A DNA stretch of 63,896 nucleotides, counting the filler, from Cladosporium halotolerans (lineage: Eukaryota): assembly GCF_011745625.1 (NCBI RefSeq). It is 9 parts of 9 records of this genome, joined end to end, with 100 filler letters (N's around TTAATTAATTAA, not from the genome) between each part and the next. Parts side by side here need not be neighbours in the genome. Positions count along the whole stretch, not along the records: positions 22,078 to 29,130 come from NW_027191634.1; positions 29,231 to 36,199 come from NW_027191635.1; 7 more parts are not named here. One strand, given 5' to 3'. A program made the translations under genes and the position numbers. Below are positions 22,079 to 33,650 of the stretch, piece by piece. The notes under the pieces were generated by a model, which did no database searches, was not told the DNA's origin, and was given only the letters and a program-made list of their open reading frames with translations. How positions within the stretch are numbered: position 1 is the first letter of the stretch; every line of letters begins with the position of its first letter.

Positions 22079-23272
22079 GACACTCGAACGGACTGGCATA
22101 GGTTCTTAGATGACCTCTGTTCTCTATGCGACTCGCAGTGTGGTGGCAAAAGCGTCGTGTCTATCGGTGTGGAGCAACGCTCGGATCACAACATCTTCTG
22201 GATATCTACCACACCGCAGTATCAGCAAGATGCGAAGATTCACCTGGTCGAGTTGCTCGCACTTCTCACAGAATTCCCGTTGGAGGGTGCAAACAGACAT
22301 TTCACTGTTGCCGAGATCACCCGTCGGTCCATACGACGAAGCAAAAAGCGTGTACACAACTACGCACGAAGACTCCGACAGCTAGTCAACACACAGCTAT
22401 CTGGTGAGGAGAAGTTTCATTGTTCAGGTTGTAGGTCAACACGGCACGAATGTCTGTTGTAAAGTCGCCAAGCTGATTAGGTTCCAGACATCGATCTTCT
22501 CACAAGGCTTGAAGATCTTGTTCGCAAAGCTTATTGTCATCATCAGCTTTGCGATGCCGCATACGATTTTCGGCATACACCACAGTACCAGGACTTAAAA
22601 GATCAACATCGCAGATGCTCGAGCGATACATGGAATTTGGTACGACATTTCATTGGACGCCTAGGCTATTGGCGCAAATGTGCCAGATCGGTTGTGAACA
22701 GTGCGTGTGTATTTTCCAGCGTCCTCAAAACAGCCCAGGTTCAATCAATCGACTTACCAGCGCAGAGCCGACATGACAACTTGACTCTGGACGAAGATCT
22801 GGAGAGTTTAGTGCTTAGGGTCTTTCCAAACCTTAGGGGAAATCTGATGTGTTATCGGCTTACGGAAAAGATCCAGGGGTCCAAGAGCCTCATCGATTGG
22901 TTTCGCTCGGTCGATATCGTTCCAAAGCCACACGCTGAAGTTGTCGTTCTAGAATGGTTTTGGCGTCAAGATTTTTGTTTCATCAACGACGATCGATACA
23001 TTGCATGCAGCAAGCCTTCTTGTCATTGTTGTGCACTTTTCTTCAAATATCATCCAGGGCATATACTTCCACGGCGGAGTCACGGCAATATCTGGGTGCA
23101 GTGGTGCGTCCCACGATGGGAGAACTCAGGGACATCTGAAAGTTGCAATCTGGGGATTTTGAGGCGTATAACAGACGCGACGAGAATGATGACGCAGGCA
23201 TCGTTCAGCAGTGACAGTGTGCGACGCGAGATGTTTGAATCAACAATCGGCATCACGACGGCGAGGCTGTAA
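22079..23272 (+). CDS. OTT_1508-like nucleic acid/nucleotide deaminase (5' end cut by contig start)
   Basis: RFLDDLCSLCDSQCGGKSVVSIG, then an intron at 22404-22487 (gtgagg...gctgat...ttccag) gives a continuous frame to VRHFIGRLG, HAE, YIACSKPSCHCC, HGNIWVQW. Confidence 0.82.
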
Positions 23273-24766
23273 GATGGCCGCTTACCATCGTACTAAAGGA
23301 GTGAGGCATGACCCGCTGAGCGCGCTACTCCCTTCGCATGAGTAATACAAAGAACTGATGGGCATGAGAACGAACAAGGCCATCGTTTCTGTGACATCGT
23401 GCTGACAAGTCGGAAGATGATCATGAAGGAGTTGAACAGATAACTGGTGAGATATGCTTACGTACATGTGGTCGCGCACTTGGCTTGAGATAGGCGTAGT
23501 GGCGACTCAGGACACCTACCACGCATGCTACTAGACAGAAGAGATGCACAAGTAGTTAGGAGAAATGCAAGCTCGTCCATCGGAGATCTTGGAGATTCTG
23601 TGAGGACTTCTTCTTCGTCGCCGCATTTGAAGCGCTGCGCTAAATCGACACGCGGTGTTTTAGCGTGGGTTCTGATATTGAGGCGACGACCCTGTCTCCA
23701 CATACACTGCATCATGCATCCTAGACTGACTTCTGTGTATACCCAATCTGCCCAGATCCGCAGAAGTGCGACAGTAACTTTTGGAATAGCGGAGGCCGGA
23801 TAGATTCACGCCTGTTGGTATTGCTCTGACGATCTACTAGCTGTTTGGTGTTGCTGAGACCACGAGGATGCTTTGAGATATATAAAGGTCTCCTCAAGTC
23901 ATACTTTCGAATATATATCCCTCATCTTCCTTGAACAATACCCGCCAACCATCCGAAAAGCAGTCGAAAACACGCCGAGTGACAGCAACAAGACCACAAC
24001 GCCCATGTCAGGCAGTGCAGCATCCCGTATCCAGTCCGCAAACGTAGGTCAGAGACTCCGTCGTTGACAACCACGAAACTGACGTCTTCAGTCTGGATCA
24101 GGGGGGAACTCTGGTTTCGCCTCACGTGCTCAGTCTGCTGCTGCAAACAATGCCAATTCGGGTCGCGTGAGCCAGACCGGGAGCGCCAGTGGACCCAAGG
24201 GCAACAACGGCGGCAACGGCAGAAAGGAATATATGAAGGCTGCAATTTCGCAGTCGCCCGAATCTTGGTCGCCTCATTTGATACTTTTTGAGCATTTGGT
24301 GTTGGACCACCTCGTCGCTCGTCCGATCGTCTATCATTAGTCTGAGACGCAACAATTGCGGCATGAGTCTGTTGTTAAGACTCGAACATGCCATGCGATA
24401 TCAACTCCTATTCGTCTCAACATATCTACAGTGCGCTGGTAGGGCAATGATACTAGAATGGTGTATCGATAGGTGTGATGGGAAGAATATTGCGGGCGTT
24501 TCATAGTGGTAATTGGAAGCATACGAGATCGGACCAACCGCAATGGCAGGTATTCTCGGTAAAGTCGAATAATGAGTGCAGATGTGCATGGGACTCATCC
24601 CTGTGCCACTAAAACATGCCCGTGCTCGATCCGAGATGGCACTCTTGGAGCACTATGCTTCAATTGACACCCATTAATCATATAAACCGATTATCTGTAT
24701 CGGCCATATATCAACTCTCATTTGCAGCAGTGTCTGCCGTCGTGTGCATTCATATCACTATCCAAG

Positions 24767-25253
24767 ATGTCGACAAAGGAGTACAAGCCACGAAACCCCT
24801 GGTCACTTCACTCTTCTCGCCACACAGATGTGCTGCGTTTATTGCAAGACAGCGGCCTCTCTTTCGACTTTGGCGACATCGATGACCCTTTCAGCAGTAC
24901 CCGAAAATACGACACCAACGTCATGGGCCGATTTTCTTGCTAGAACACTCGGTGTCTTTCCAATGAATGGTCGAGCAAAATCGATACCAGTGACTATACG
25001 ATTGTATCCCGATTCGCGATTCAATGTCAGGGTCTACAACCAGCGGTGTCAAGAGTGTGGAAAGTTGAGCCGGCCGCGACTGGACGGCTCTTACGCCGAG
25101 AGAGTTGTGTACTGGCTTCAAAAGTGGTCCAGGATCAGGATCGACGTCGAAGCGCCTTTCTTCTCAGGCGAACGAAATGGACCTCATTTGACTGCATTTT
25201 GCGAGGGCTGTCGGAATGGGCAATGCAAGAGCCAGACAACAAGCATGTCGTAG
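24767..25253 (+). pseudogene. 3CxxC zinc-binding domain protein
   Basis: YDTNVMGRFSC*N..C..NEWSSK / IPVTIRLY...FNVRVYNQRCQEC...SYAERV...GPHLTAFCEGC. TAG at 24941 and a frameshift in the A-run near 24978. Confidence 0.85.
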
Positions 25254-25325
25254 ACTAGTTTCGTTCAACCAATCTATCCAGTTTGTGGAAGGTGGCACGC
25301 CATCATGGTATTCACTATGCCATAA

Positions 25326-26775
25326 TTATTTTCCAGACATAATAAAGTACCATCCGAGTGCCCGTTTGTGCTCAGACATTAGTGAGCTTGCCATGCAAGA
25401 CTGATATCTAGATAAGTAAATCTTAAGCCGGTCCGACGGCATCATAAAGACGTCCTCTATAGCTCTTGACACTGCTTTGCAGATGTGCGTTCCGGGCTGA
25501 GCCAACCATTCGGCGAAGATATCGGCCTCGTAGATTCGTGTGATTTCGTTGACAAAGTACTGACGATGACCGCCGACAAAGGACACGCCAATGTCTAGTC
25601 GAACGCCAACCTCTCAACGATTCGTATTTTGTCGACCAGTCTGACCTGTTACGTAAAGCGTTGAAGACATACATAGCAAACTCTGCGAGCTCCTCCAGGT
25701 CGTTGTTGTTGAAAACGCGAGGTCCGTCCCGCAAGATCGAATCGAGGCGTAACACTGTCACTAATAGTTCTTTGTCAGGGAGTTTGAGCATGTGTTCCAT
25801 CTCCATGACAACCCCTCTACGTTGGCGCAGCGCTGAGACATCGCTTCTCGTTGTTATGAAGACTCGGTATTCGCCTTCTGATCTCGAAACGGGCACGAAG
25901 TCTTGATGGAAGCATCGGCCAGCGCTTTGATATGCTTGCCGTTTACTCATTCTGCGCTTACGAGACTGGCATGGTGGATGTTAGGAGAGATCGGTTGCAG
26001 TCAGATGGACTATGACGTGTTCACTGCCGCAACTATGCGTTCTTTCTAGAACACTATTGGCATAAAGATGACAGCCAGATGTGCTGTCGCAAGTGACGGG
26101 TCGAAAAGACCATCGACCAGGAGCACATTTCGCAATCTGGTCCGACACTCGTATGTCGCCGTTTTTTTGCTGCGAACATTCGAGTTCTTCTGCAGAAGAA
26201 AACATGCGCACATCGCCTGGCCGCTTGTTCACCACGTGTGCGCATGTTTCTTGCACATTGCGATCCTTGGGATCATATCGATGCCATGCCAACAGAAGCA
26301 GGGTGCTCGAACCCAGCAGAGGGCGGTCGTGTCGAAACTGCTGCTGCAACCATGTACCCGTCCCCACCTCGAGCTCGATACCTCGGTGGTCCGCTAAGAA
26401 AAAGGCTATGATGATAGATTGGTGAGCGTCGACATGCCCCCGATCCATATGCAAAGAAGATGATGATCCGACGATCGTCTGCAGCTGTTCGGCTTCCCCG
26501 TGCAAGAAATAGCTAGGTACGAGAGTGCTGTTAGCTGCTGAAACACGGCTGCGCCGAAGCATCTGTGTCGGTATCGGTTCCGCTGAAGTACCCTTACAGC
26601 CGATCCAGATAACGGAGTTACAGCGAGTCTGCAGGCTAGGCTGGCAGGCTATGACCTCGAAATCGGTGGAACCGCTGTGGCAGTCGGTCGTTGGTCTCGA
26701 TATGACATTGGTGTACAAGTAAGCTCCTAATTTGAGAGCATAAGACGCCATCAGGTATCCATAAATGGCGGGCAA
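25326..26775 (-). pseudogene. ATP-grasp-fold-like protein, frameshifted
   Basis: Ordered motifs VLERTHSCGSEHV, HQDFVP...GEYRVFI, VRLDIGV...YFVNEITR, split over three frames. Confidence 0.55.
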
Positions 26776-26927
26776 ATTGTCCAGATGTGTCGTGGTAGAG
26801 ACTTCGGCTCAGGAGTTACAATGGTCGCATGGTTCTCTGATGAACTTCAGATGATCTCTATCGATTCCCGTATACCTCAAAGCGATCTTTGAGTCGACGG
26901 CGTGATCCTTTTGCTCCTTGTCGTAGA

Positions 26928-27377
26928 TCACGTGCGATTGTACATGTTCCCGAGCCTGCAGGGTACGTCAGCCGTTTGCCACGTTAGTAGACATAGATCG
27001 TTGAAGCCACCGTGACTTACGGCAACGACGAAAGCAAGCCCATGAGGAATGCACACTGTGACACGCCCATCAGGGGAGAGACGGGTCGGATGTGATCTTT
27101 GATAGATGACTCCCGTCAGACTATCCCTCTTGAACCACGGTTTGTCCAAACGTTTCCATTCATTCTCGCCATCGGGTAAGCTCAGCACTTGCCGCTCCCG
27201 ACTCAGGCCAAAAGATTCTCTGGACTCGCGAAAACGATTGTAAAACGAGGTTCGCAGGTCAGGATCGTGAGAATGGAGGTGTGAGAGAAAGCGTGCGATG
27301 GTCGTGGTATGTAACGTCGCCGAGATCTGCTCAGTATGTAAAGAGGGCGATGAGATTCTTGCATCAAGCTCTGACAT
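26928..27377 (-). CDS. Hypothetical protein (149 aa)
   Basis: ATG-initiated ORF with protein-like composition; no family recognised. Confidence 0.35.
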   Translation of the reverse strand: MSELDARISSPSLHTEQISATLHTTTIARFLSHLHSHDPDLRTSFYNRFRESRESFGLSRERQVLSLPDGENEWKRLDKPWFKRDSLTGVIYQRSHPTRLSPDGRVTVCIPHGLAFVVAVSHGGFNDLCLLTWQTADVPCRLGNMYNRT

Positions 27378-27700
27378 TGGTGGATACTGCGCTGTCAGAT
27401 GGACGGTCTTTTATTAAATACTAAATTGAGGCAGAGGAAACAAGTGAGCGGCCCAGATAGGTCTTGTTTGTTCTGCTTGAGATGATCTGTGCTGGCGGAC
27501 AGCGGGTATGTGTACTACAGCCAGAATGTACGCTATCCTACATGAGAACAGGACTCTCCAATGTTCCTGGTTTCCAGGGCAACTTGCGAGTTCTCCACAC
27601 ATCGCGTGGTTCACGCGCCGTCCGCACATGCCACACGCGCCTAATTATCGACCGCAATCATTTTGCGCACACTTTCTGCTTCGCCATAAAGATTAGCCCA

Positions 27701-27986
27701 ATGGCGCGAACGAAATATATTCACGAACCGAGACCTTCACAACCCGCGAAGCCCAAATCGCCATCGAAAACGGGTAGCTGCGTTACCTAGCTATCTTCGA
27801 TACTCGACGAGCGTTTTTCACGTCGTTGATTCTACTAAATTGACGGAGGCGCGTAACTTGCATCACGTTACAGCATTGTCTCTTGGTGCGAAGAAGACAT
27901 CGACGAGCTCCAGCGCCTTGTATGCAAATGCGCAAGGATGACAAGAGAGGGAGTAAAGACCCGCAATCCAATCACAGCCTCGGCAA
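27701..27986 (+). pseudogene. MARTK-initiated ORF, copy 1 (short/truncated next to a LINE fragment)
   Basis: MARTKYIHEPRPSQPAKPKSPSKTG. Shares the MARTKYI start and Pro-rich tail with the ORF at 28671. Confidence 0.5.
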
Positions 27987-28374
27987 AAGCCGCGGCAGGA
28001 GTGCTCCAGTTCCTCGAAGATACAGAGATAGGCAAGAAAATCCCTGGAGAAGGGGTCCAAGATGATTCGTGGGATCTCGAACGATTAGATCGGGGCTGAA
28101 GAGTGAGAGATGGCGGAGGAGAGCGGGCGTGGATGAGGGGAAAGATGAGGAATGACAAAGACAAGAAAGTAGGAGGGCAAGAAGCCCAAAAGCTGTGGTG
28201 GCTTGGTGGAGTTCGGGACGGCGAGCATAACTGTACTGCAAAAGGTCAACGCGAGAGCACACCAGGATGCCATAGAAGTCGTTGAGAAGATAGCCGACGT
28301 GACATAAGCGATTTAGCTTGAATGCACATGAATAAAAATGTAAAAAAATAAATAAAAAAATAAATAAGAGAAAA
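27987..28374 (+). mobile_element. 5'-truncated LINE family A copy
   Basis: VLQFLEDTEIGKKIPGEG...SWDLERLDR matches the ORF2 C-terminus near 15100-15240. Family A 3' UTR and A-rich tail. Confidence 0.9.
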
Positions 28375-28670
28375 CATCGCCCTCGTGAACGTTTAGGAGG
28401 CCGGCGTTGAGCAGCTGGTGTCCAAGCTGCAGCCAATTCGCCAATTCCTCGGAACCGGCTCAGTATGCAATATACAGCCGGTCCGTGAAGCATGCAAATA
28501 ATTTCGGCAAAACGTCATATTTCGCTTGTTTGCTCGGCTCGACCCTTCACTCCACGTCGCGCTATTCGTCCATTCGAGAAACCCTCACGCGTCGCGCCTC
28601 GAAAGCAAAACCGTCTAGAGAGCAGAGTATCGCGATACCTCTACCCACGAGCTGAGCTCTTCACAATCTA

Positions 28671-29130
28671 ATGGCGCGTACAAAATACATACCGAGGCCG
28701 AAACCTCCGCACTCTACGCGTCCCGTCCGGCCTCAAGCGACACCTAAACCTGCTGCACTCAACTCAGCCATCGAGCTCAGCGCGTCGAATGGACAGAGCG
28801 ATGATCAGACACCTGCACAGCCTGCACTTCCCAAGAGGCATCAAACGGCCACCAATTCTGCAATATGGACCGTTGCGATTGAGCTCGGCGCGTCAAACGG
28901 TCAGGCGATGATAAAAAAGTCCGGAGGGGAATGGGAATTGGTCAGGTGGGCGCAAGGCGTGAGCGCAAGCAGTATAGGAGGGGCCGAGGCCATACCTGCT
29001 TTGACTGCGATGAGGAAGAGGAACGAGACTCTAGAAATACTTCATGGTCACGCGGCGGTGCGTGCCCGAAAGCGCAACCCAGGAGATTGGGAGATGTTCG
29101 CCTATCCCAAGATGGCTTTCGTGGACGAGG
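28671..29130 (+). CDS. MARTK-initiated protein with Hsp70/actin-like ATPase N-terminal motifs (3' end cut by contig end)
   Basis: MARTKYIPRPKPP... then WTVAIELGASNGQAMI...LVRW...EAIPALTA...LHGHAA...FAYPKMAF, paralleling HSPA12-like iaIDFGTT...I..W...KVPT...WG...FKL. Confidence 0.55.
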
Positions 29131-29230
29131 NNNNNNNNNNNNNNNNNNNNNNNNNNNNNNNNNNNNNNNNNNNNTTAATTAATTAANNNNNNNNNNNNNN
29201 NNNNNNNNNNNNNNNNNNNNNNNNNNNNNN
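29131..29230. other. Artificial contig linker
   Basis: N44-TTAATTAATTAA-N44. Confidence 0.97.
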
Positions 29231-29784
29231 GCAGCTATTGTCCGCCATGAAGTCCTTCGCAAAGTCCTTGTTTAGCGTCTTACCGTCGTTGACTTCCTGG
29301 TCCAGTACACATTGCTTCACGACACTGTCGAACTTCACCGGATACCACTGGTCACCTTTGACGCGAGCGCCGCTAAGGCTCGACGTCTGCCAGCGAGTGT
29401 GCTGCTTTGCCTTGTTGGCTTCTTCCTTGTCGGCGAAAACTACGTCGATTCTGTCGCCCGGGCCAGGCCGTATACATTTGATCGTCAGCTTTCCGTGACC
29501 CTGTTGACCTTGAGCCCATCGCGCAGGCCATCTCTGATACCGTTGTAATTGTTGTTCGCTCCCTTGAATCTGCCCATGTCGACCGACACTGCTCGCTCAT
29601 CTTGCACCTGTGGTTTCTCCTTGGGGATTTGGGAACTGCCTGCTGATGTTGACCTGGTCTGGGAGGTCTGTGGGCCCATGGACGTGGCTCCGCCCGCAAT
29701 GACTTCGCTGTAGCTATTAGGCCCGAGACTTCCTTGCAGCAGTGCTGTTGGAGGACACGTGCGTGGTGAGGTGTGTGTATTCAC
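29231..29784 (-). mobile_element. LINE ORF1 (gag-like) fragment
   Basis: SYSEVIAGG...RIDVVFADKEEA...ARVKGDQWYPVKFD resembles SYADVAR...RVLRDQWYPVKVD in the ORF1 at 61800-63266. One frameshift near 29491. Confidence 0.75.
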
Positions 29785-30449
29785 CCTATCTACTGAGGTA
29801 AGGACTGTATATATGTGGCACCCTAAAGCAGTGGCGTGATGCGCAAGCTTACCCAGGAAGGGAATGCATCTCCAACAGGAAGTTACTAGGCCAACCCCGC
29901 AAGATGGAATCCATCTCCGTGACCATGGAGTAAGAGTTCTTGCCTTGCAATATCCGTCGTAGACTGTCTTTGTCGTAGGAACGCAAACTGATGGCTAATG
30001 GTATCTGCGCCTTCTTCCCTGGGAAGGCGTGGGCGTTTGCTTGGTTGCTGGCATTTGCGCGCACACGCGGCATCGTTGCGGTGTATTCAGTCGATGGGGC
30101 GGTAATGCCATTTTTGTCACGTTCTCGACGTCTGTGAACTAAATTGCATCTCTCTCGATTGCCCTGGCGCACCTCGAACATGGCGTGTAAACATCGGCTG
30201 CTCCCGCGAAGCTTCAATGCTAGCGCCACGACGCACTCTCGGTCGCTGCTTCGCCCTGGTGTCGTCATGGGTGGCTTTCCACTGCGGCACGGAATCTTGG
30301 CACGAGCCGGCACGACCCCGAGAAAGTTGGATAGATAACACGACGCCGCCCCTTGCGTTTTGATGGCGAAAGCCCAGTCTGATTTCTGCCCACTGTAAGC
30401 GACTTCCCTTCTCTTGTATTGATATCGCCTTTCCGCTGGATGGGATAAC

Positions 30450-33400
30450 ATGCCCCTCCGATGGCGCCTCAATCTACCATCACGGCCGAGATCCCACGCC
30501 CTCCCATCCAACACGCCGATAGAATCACGACGACCGCCATACCGTGCAGCGCGAGCCTTTTGCCTCTTCGTACTCCTTGGCACATGTATAGCGGTCTATG
30601 CGCTCCTGAGCCAACCCATCGAAGAGTCCCTCGAACTCCAGCAACATATCCCTCACCGACGAGACCTCTCTCTACCCCTCAGTCAAGACGAGCAATGCCG
30701 GCTAGTCTACCATGCAAAGGACCAGTGTGCATTCGTGAAATCGCAATGCCCTACAGACGAAGGCGGCTATACCGCTTACCTCGACCTGTACTTTTGTAAG
30801 CTGCCGCACGCGAAGCCCGTGGCGTTTATCATTCTGATATTATGGCTCGGGCTGCTCTTCTCCACCATCGGCATTGCAGCGAGCGACTTCTTCTGCATCA
30901 ATCTCTCGACCATTGCGACCATCTTTGGCATGAGCGAGAGCATGACGGGCGTGACGCTTCTGGCTTTTGGGAATGGTAGTCCTGATGTGTTCAGCACGTT
31001 CGCGGCAATGAGCACAAATAGTGGAAGCCTGGCGGTCGGCGAGCTGTTTGGCGCAGCGGGCTTCATCACGGCAGTCGTGGCGGGATCCATGGCACTCATA
31101 CAACCGTTCCATGTTGCCAGGAAGAGCTTCATTCGAGACGTGGGTTTCTTCGCCGTCGCAGCTGCTTTCAGTATGGTGTCTCTGTGGGACGGCAAATTAC
31201 ATCTGTGGGAGTGTCTATTCATGGTGGCATTCTACGTATTCTACGTGGCGTTCGTGGTGGTGTGGCATTGTTGGCTGGGTCGCAGGAGGTTGCGACGGGA
31301 GAAAGAGGCGGCTGCGAGAGGACATTCCGTTCCACCTGATGACGAATTGGAGATTGAGGAGGAGTACCGCGACGATCCGGATGATGCGCCGTCGAGGTCG
31401 TCCTTTTCAAGAGGGGTGGCGCGAGAGGATTGGTCAGCGCTGGAGAGAGGCGGGGAGACGTATCAGGACATCCTGTCAAATGAGGAGGACGACGAAGCAG
31501 CAAGAAATCGCTGGATGAGCGAGCTGAACAGCACTATACGCTTGACCATACCTCCCGCGCGCTCGCGGCAGAACACCCTTACACCTGTGCGGCCTTCGCT
31601 AGGTGGAGCCTTGGAATTCCAGGCTGTGTTGAAATCGCTGCAGAAGTCACGCAACATTCAGACCTATCCGTTGAATATCCGGCAATACTCGGACGACCCA
31701 ACATATACGACCGCGCAGGTACAAGACAACATGTCCCCGGTTTCTGACCCCGCGGCTCGGCCTCCGCATCAGGTTGCGGTGCGTGAAAACAGGTCGCCGA
31801 CAGTCGAGAGGCTGGATACGCTGGATGTACCACCTGCGAGGACGCGAGCAGTGTCTGCAAACGATGGTGCTGGTTTGCAGATCGACGAGCAGATCAGGAG
31901 ACCAAGCCAAGATCGAAATCGAGAGCAGCATGAACTAATCGACTTCTCGTCTAGAGACATCCAGGCGCGAGGTCATCGCAGCATTAGGCTTCAAGTGCCG
32001 CAAGACGCCCAGCTTCGGCCACTATCTTCAACCACTCCTCCAGGCTCCCAGCAGCGACGCTTATTGAATGCCGCAGTCTCTGGTACTGAGTCACGAGATG
32101 TTCTTGCGCAACGCTCGCCTGCAAGTCTTCCCAGGCAAAATAGCCTGGAGCTGCCAAATAGGACGGCCGACTCGCACTCACCGCGAACGATTCCACACGC
32201 CAAACAGTTATCTAGGATTTCCATTCGGGCCAGGCAGATATCACCATCTTCGACACCTGGCACCTCACCGTTCCCACGTTGTCTTGACGATGCGACGCCG
32301 CCAACTTCAAGACCGCCTAGTCTATATCTGCCTTCGGGGTCCATTGCGTCTCCGGACTCAGTGTCCGTTGGCCAGAACGCCGAGGAGGAAGCATCTACGC
32401 GACAGTCCTGGCTCAGCAGATGGTGGCCATATAGCATTCTGCCACCTCCAGGCGTCATGATCTCAACTCTCCTTCCAACAATCTCTCACTGGCATGAGAA
32501 GAATTCTTGGGAGAAGGCACTTGGGATCGTGGCAGCACCAAGTGTGTTCTTGCTCACGATCACCCTGCCAGTCGTGGAGAGTGGAAAAGGTGAAGAGGAT
32601 TCTACTCGCATGGACGAGGTCTTCGACTCTGCTCATTCTAAGGGCATCCCGACGGTCAAGACACCAGGCAGTCTTGACTTGAACAACGGCACTCCATCCC
32701 GCAGATATCGCGGTGGCTTCGCGACTCAAGGAGTCATTGGCAAAGGCACCGTCGCGACCTCAACGGAACAGAACCAGCGCCACAACGTCGGCTCGCATCC
32801 TTCACATCAAAGTCGCGCCTCGCAGTCGTCGATTATCATCGAAAACCAGACCCCGAAGGCTTCATCACCGCAGATCATGCCGAATCAAGCACTGCGAGCA
32901 CCGCCCGCTCAGGAAGAGCCTCCCGAGCCATGGAATCGCTGGCTCCTCATCACTCAGCTCTTCCTCGCGCCCCTCTTCATTGTCTTCGCCATCTACAACA
33001 AACCACCAACCGACGTGGAGTCGTCCTGGCCTGTCCGTCCAATCATCATCTGCTTGCTTGTCTCTCTTGTCCTGCTCATCCCACTCCTCCTCACCACAAC
33101 CCCGACTCGGCGACCACCCTTTCACCGCCCGACTCTGAGTCTTGTCGGCTTCGTCGTCAGCATCGCCTGGATCTCTACCGTCGCTTCGCAGGTCGTCGGC
33201 GCCTTAAAGGCTCTCGCTGTGATAGCCAACATGTCGCACGCAATCATGGGCCTGACCATCTTCGCCGTTGGCAACTCGCTCGGCGATCTTGTCGCGGATG
33301 TCACTGTCGCTCGCTTGGGCTACCCCGTCATGGCGCTCTCGGCCTGCTTTGGCGGACCCATGTTCAACATTCTCCTCGGTATTGGAATCTCCGGCAGCTA

Positions 33401-33650
33401 CATCATCATCCGCCGCGCGCAACACCGCGTGAACAAGCATTCGGACGAGGATCTTAAGTTTCAGAGCTATCACATCGAGGTTGGGAACACATTGATGGTG
33501 AGTGGGGCGACGCTGTTGGTGACGTTGATTGGCCTGTTGGTCGTGGTGCCCTGGAATCGATGGGTGCTGAGCAAAAAGATCGGGTGGGCTTTGATCGCGT
33601 TGTGGACCTTGAGTACGATCGGGAACGTCGCACTGGAGGTGACGGGCTGA
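30450..33650 (+). CDS. Cation/Ca2+ exchanger (CCX, Ecm27-like Na/Ca exchanger), 1066 aa
   Basis: Alpha-1 repeat GVTLLAFGNGSPDVFST and alpha-2 repeat GLTIFAVGNSLGDLVAD...ACFGGPMFN. Two TM bundles around a long loop; single ORF. Confidence 0.95.
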   Translation: MPLRWRLNLPSRPRSHALPSNTPIESRRPPYRAARAFCLFVLLGTCIAVYALLSQPIEESLELQQHIPHRRDLSLPLSQDEQCRLVYHAKDQCAFVKSQCPTDEGGYTAYLDLYFCKLPHAKPVAFIILILWLGLLFSTIGIAASDFFCINLSTIATIFGMSESMTGVTLLAFGNGSPDVFSTFAAMSTNSGSLAVGELFGAAGFITAVVAGSMALIQPFHVARKSFIRDVGFFAVAAAFSMVSLWDGKLHLWECLFMVAFYVFYVAFVVVWHCWLGRRRLRREKEAAARGHSVPPDDELEIEEEYRDDPDDAPSRSSFSRGVAREDWSALERGGETYQDILSNEEDDEAARNRWMSELNSTIRLTIPPARSRQNTLTPVRPSLGGALEFQAVLKSLQKSRNIQTYPLNIRQYSDDPTYTTAQVQDNMSPVSDPAARPPHQVAVRENRSPTVERLDTLDVPPARTRAVSANDGAGLQIDEQIRRPSQDRNREQHELIDFSSRDIQARGHRSIRLQVPQDAQLRPLSSTTPPGSQQRRLLNAAVSGTESRDVLAQRSPASLPRQNSLELPNRTADSHSPRTIPHAKQLSRISIRARQISPSSTPGTSPFPRCLDDATPPTSRPPSLYLPSGSIASPDSVSVGQNAEEEASTRQSWLSRWWPYSILPPPGVMISTLLPTISHWHEKNSWEKALGIVAAPSVFLLTITLPVVESGKGEEDSTRMDEVFDSAHSKGIPTVKTPGSLDLNNGTPSRRYRGGFATQGVIGKGTVATSTEQNQRHNVGSHPSHQSRASQSSIIIENQTPKASSPQIMPNQALRAPPAQEEPPEPWNRWLLITQLFLAPLFIVFAIYNKPPTDVESSWPVRPIIICLLVSLVLLIPLLLTTTPTRRPPFHRPTLSLVGFVVSIAWISTVASQVVGALKALAVIANMSHAIMGLTIFAVGNSLGDLVADVTVARLGYPVMALSACFGGPMFNILLGIGISGSYIIIRRAQHRVNKHSDEDLKFQSYHIEVGNTLMVSGATLLVTLIGLLVVVPWNRWVLSKKIGWALIALWTLSTIGNVALEVTG

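Noticed and set aside
27701..29130. MARTK ORFs as true histone H3 or CenH3 genes
   Set aside because: There is no QTARKS continuation and no histone-fold motifs in the visible sequence.
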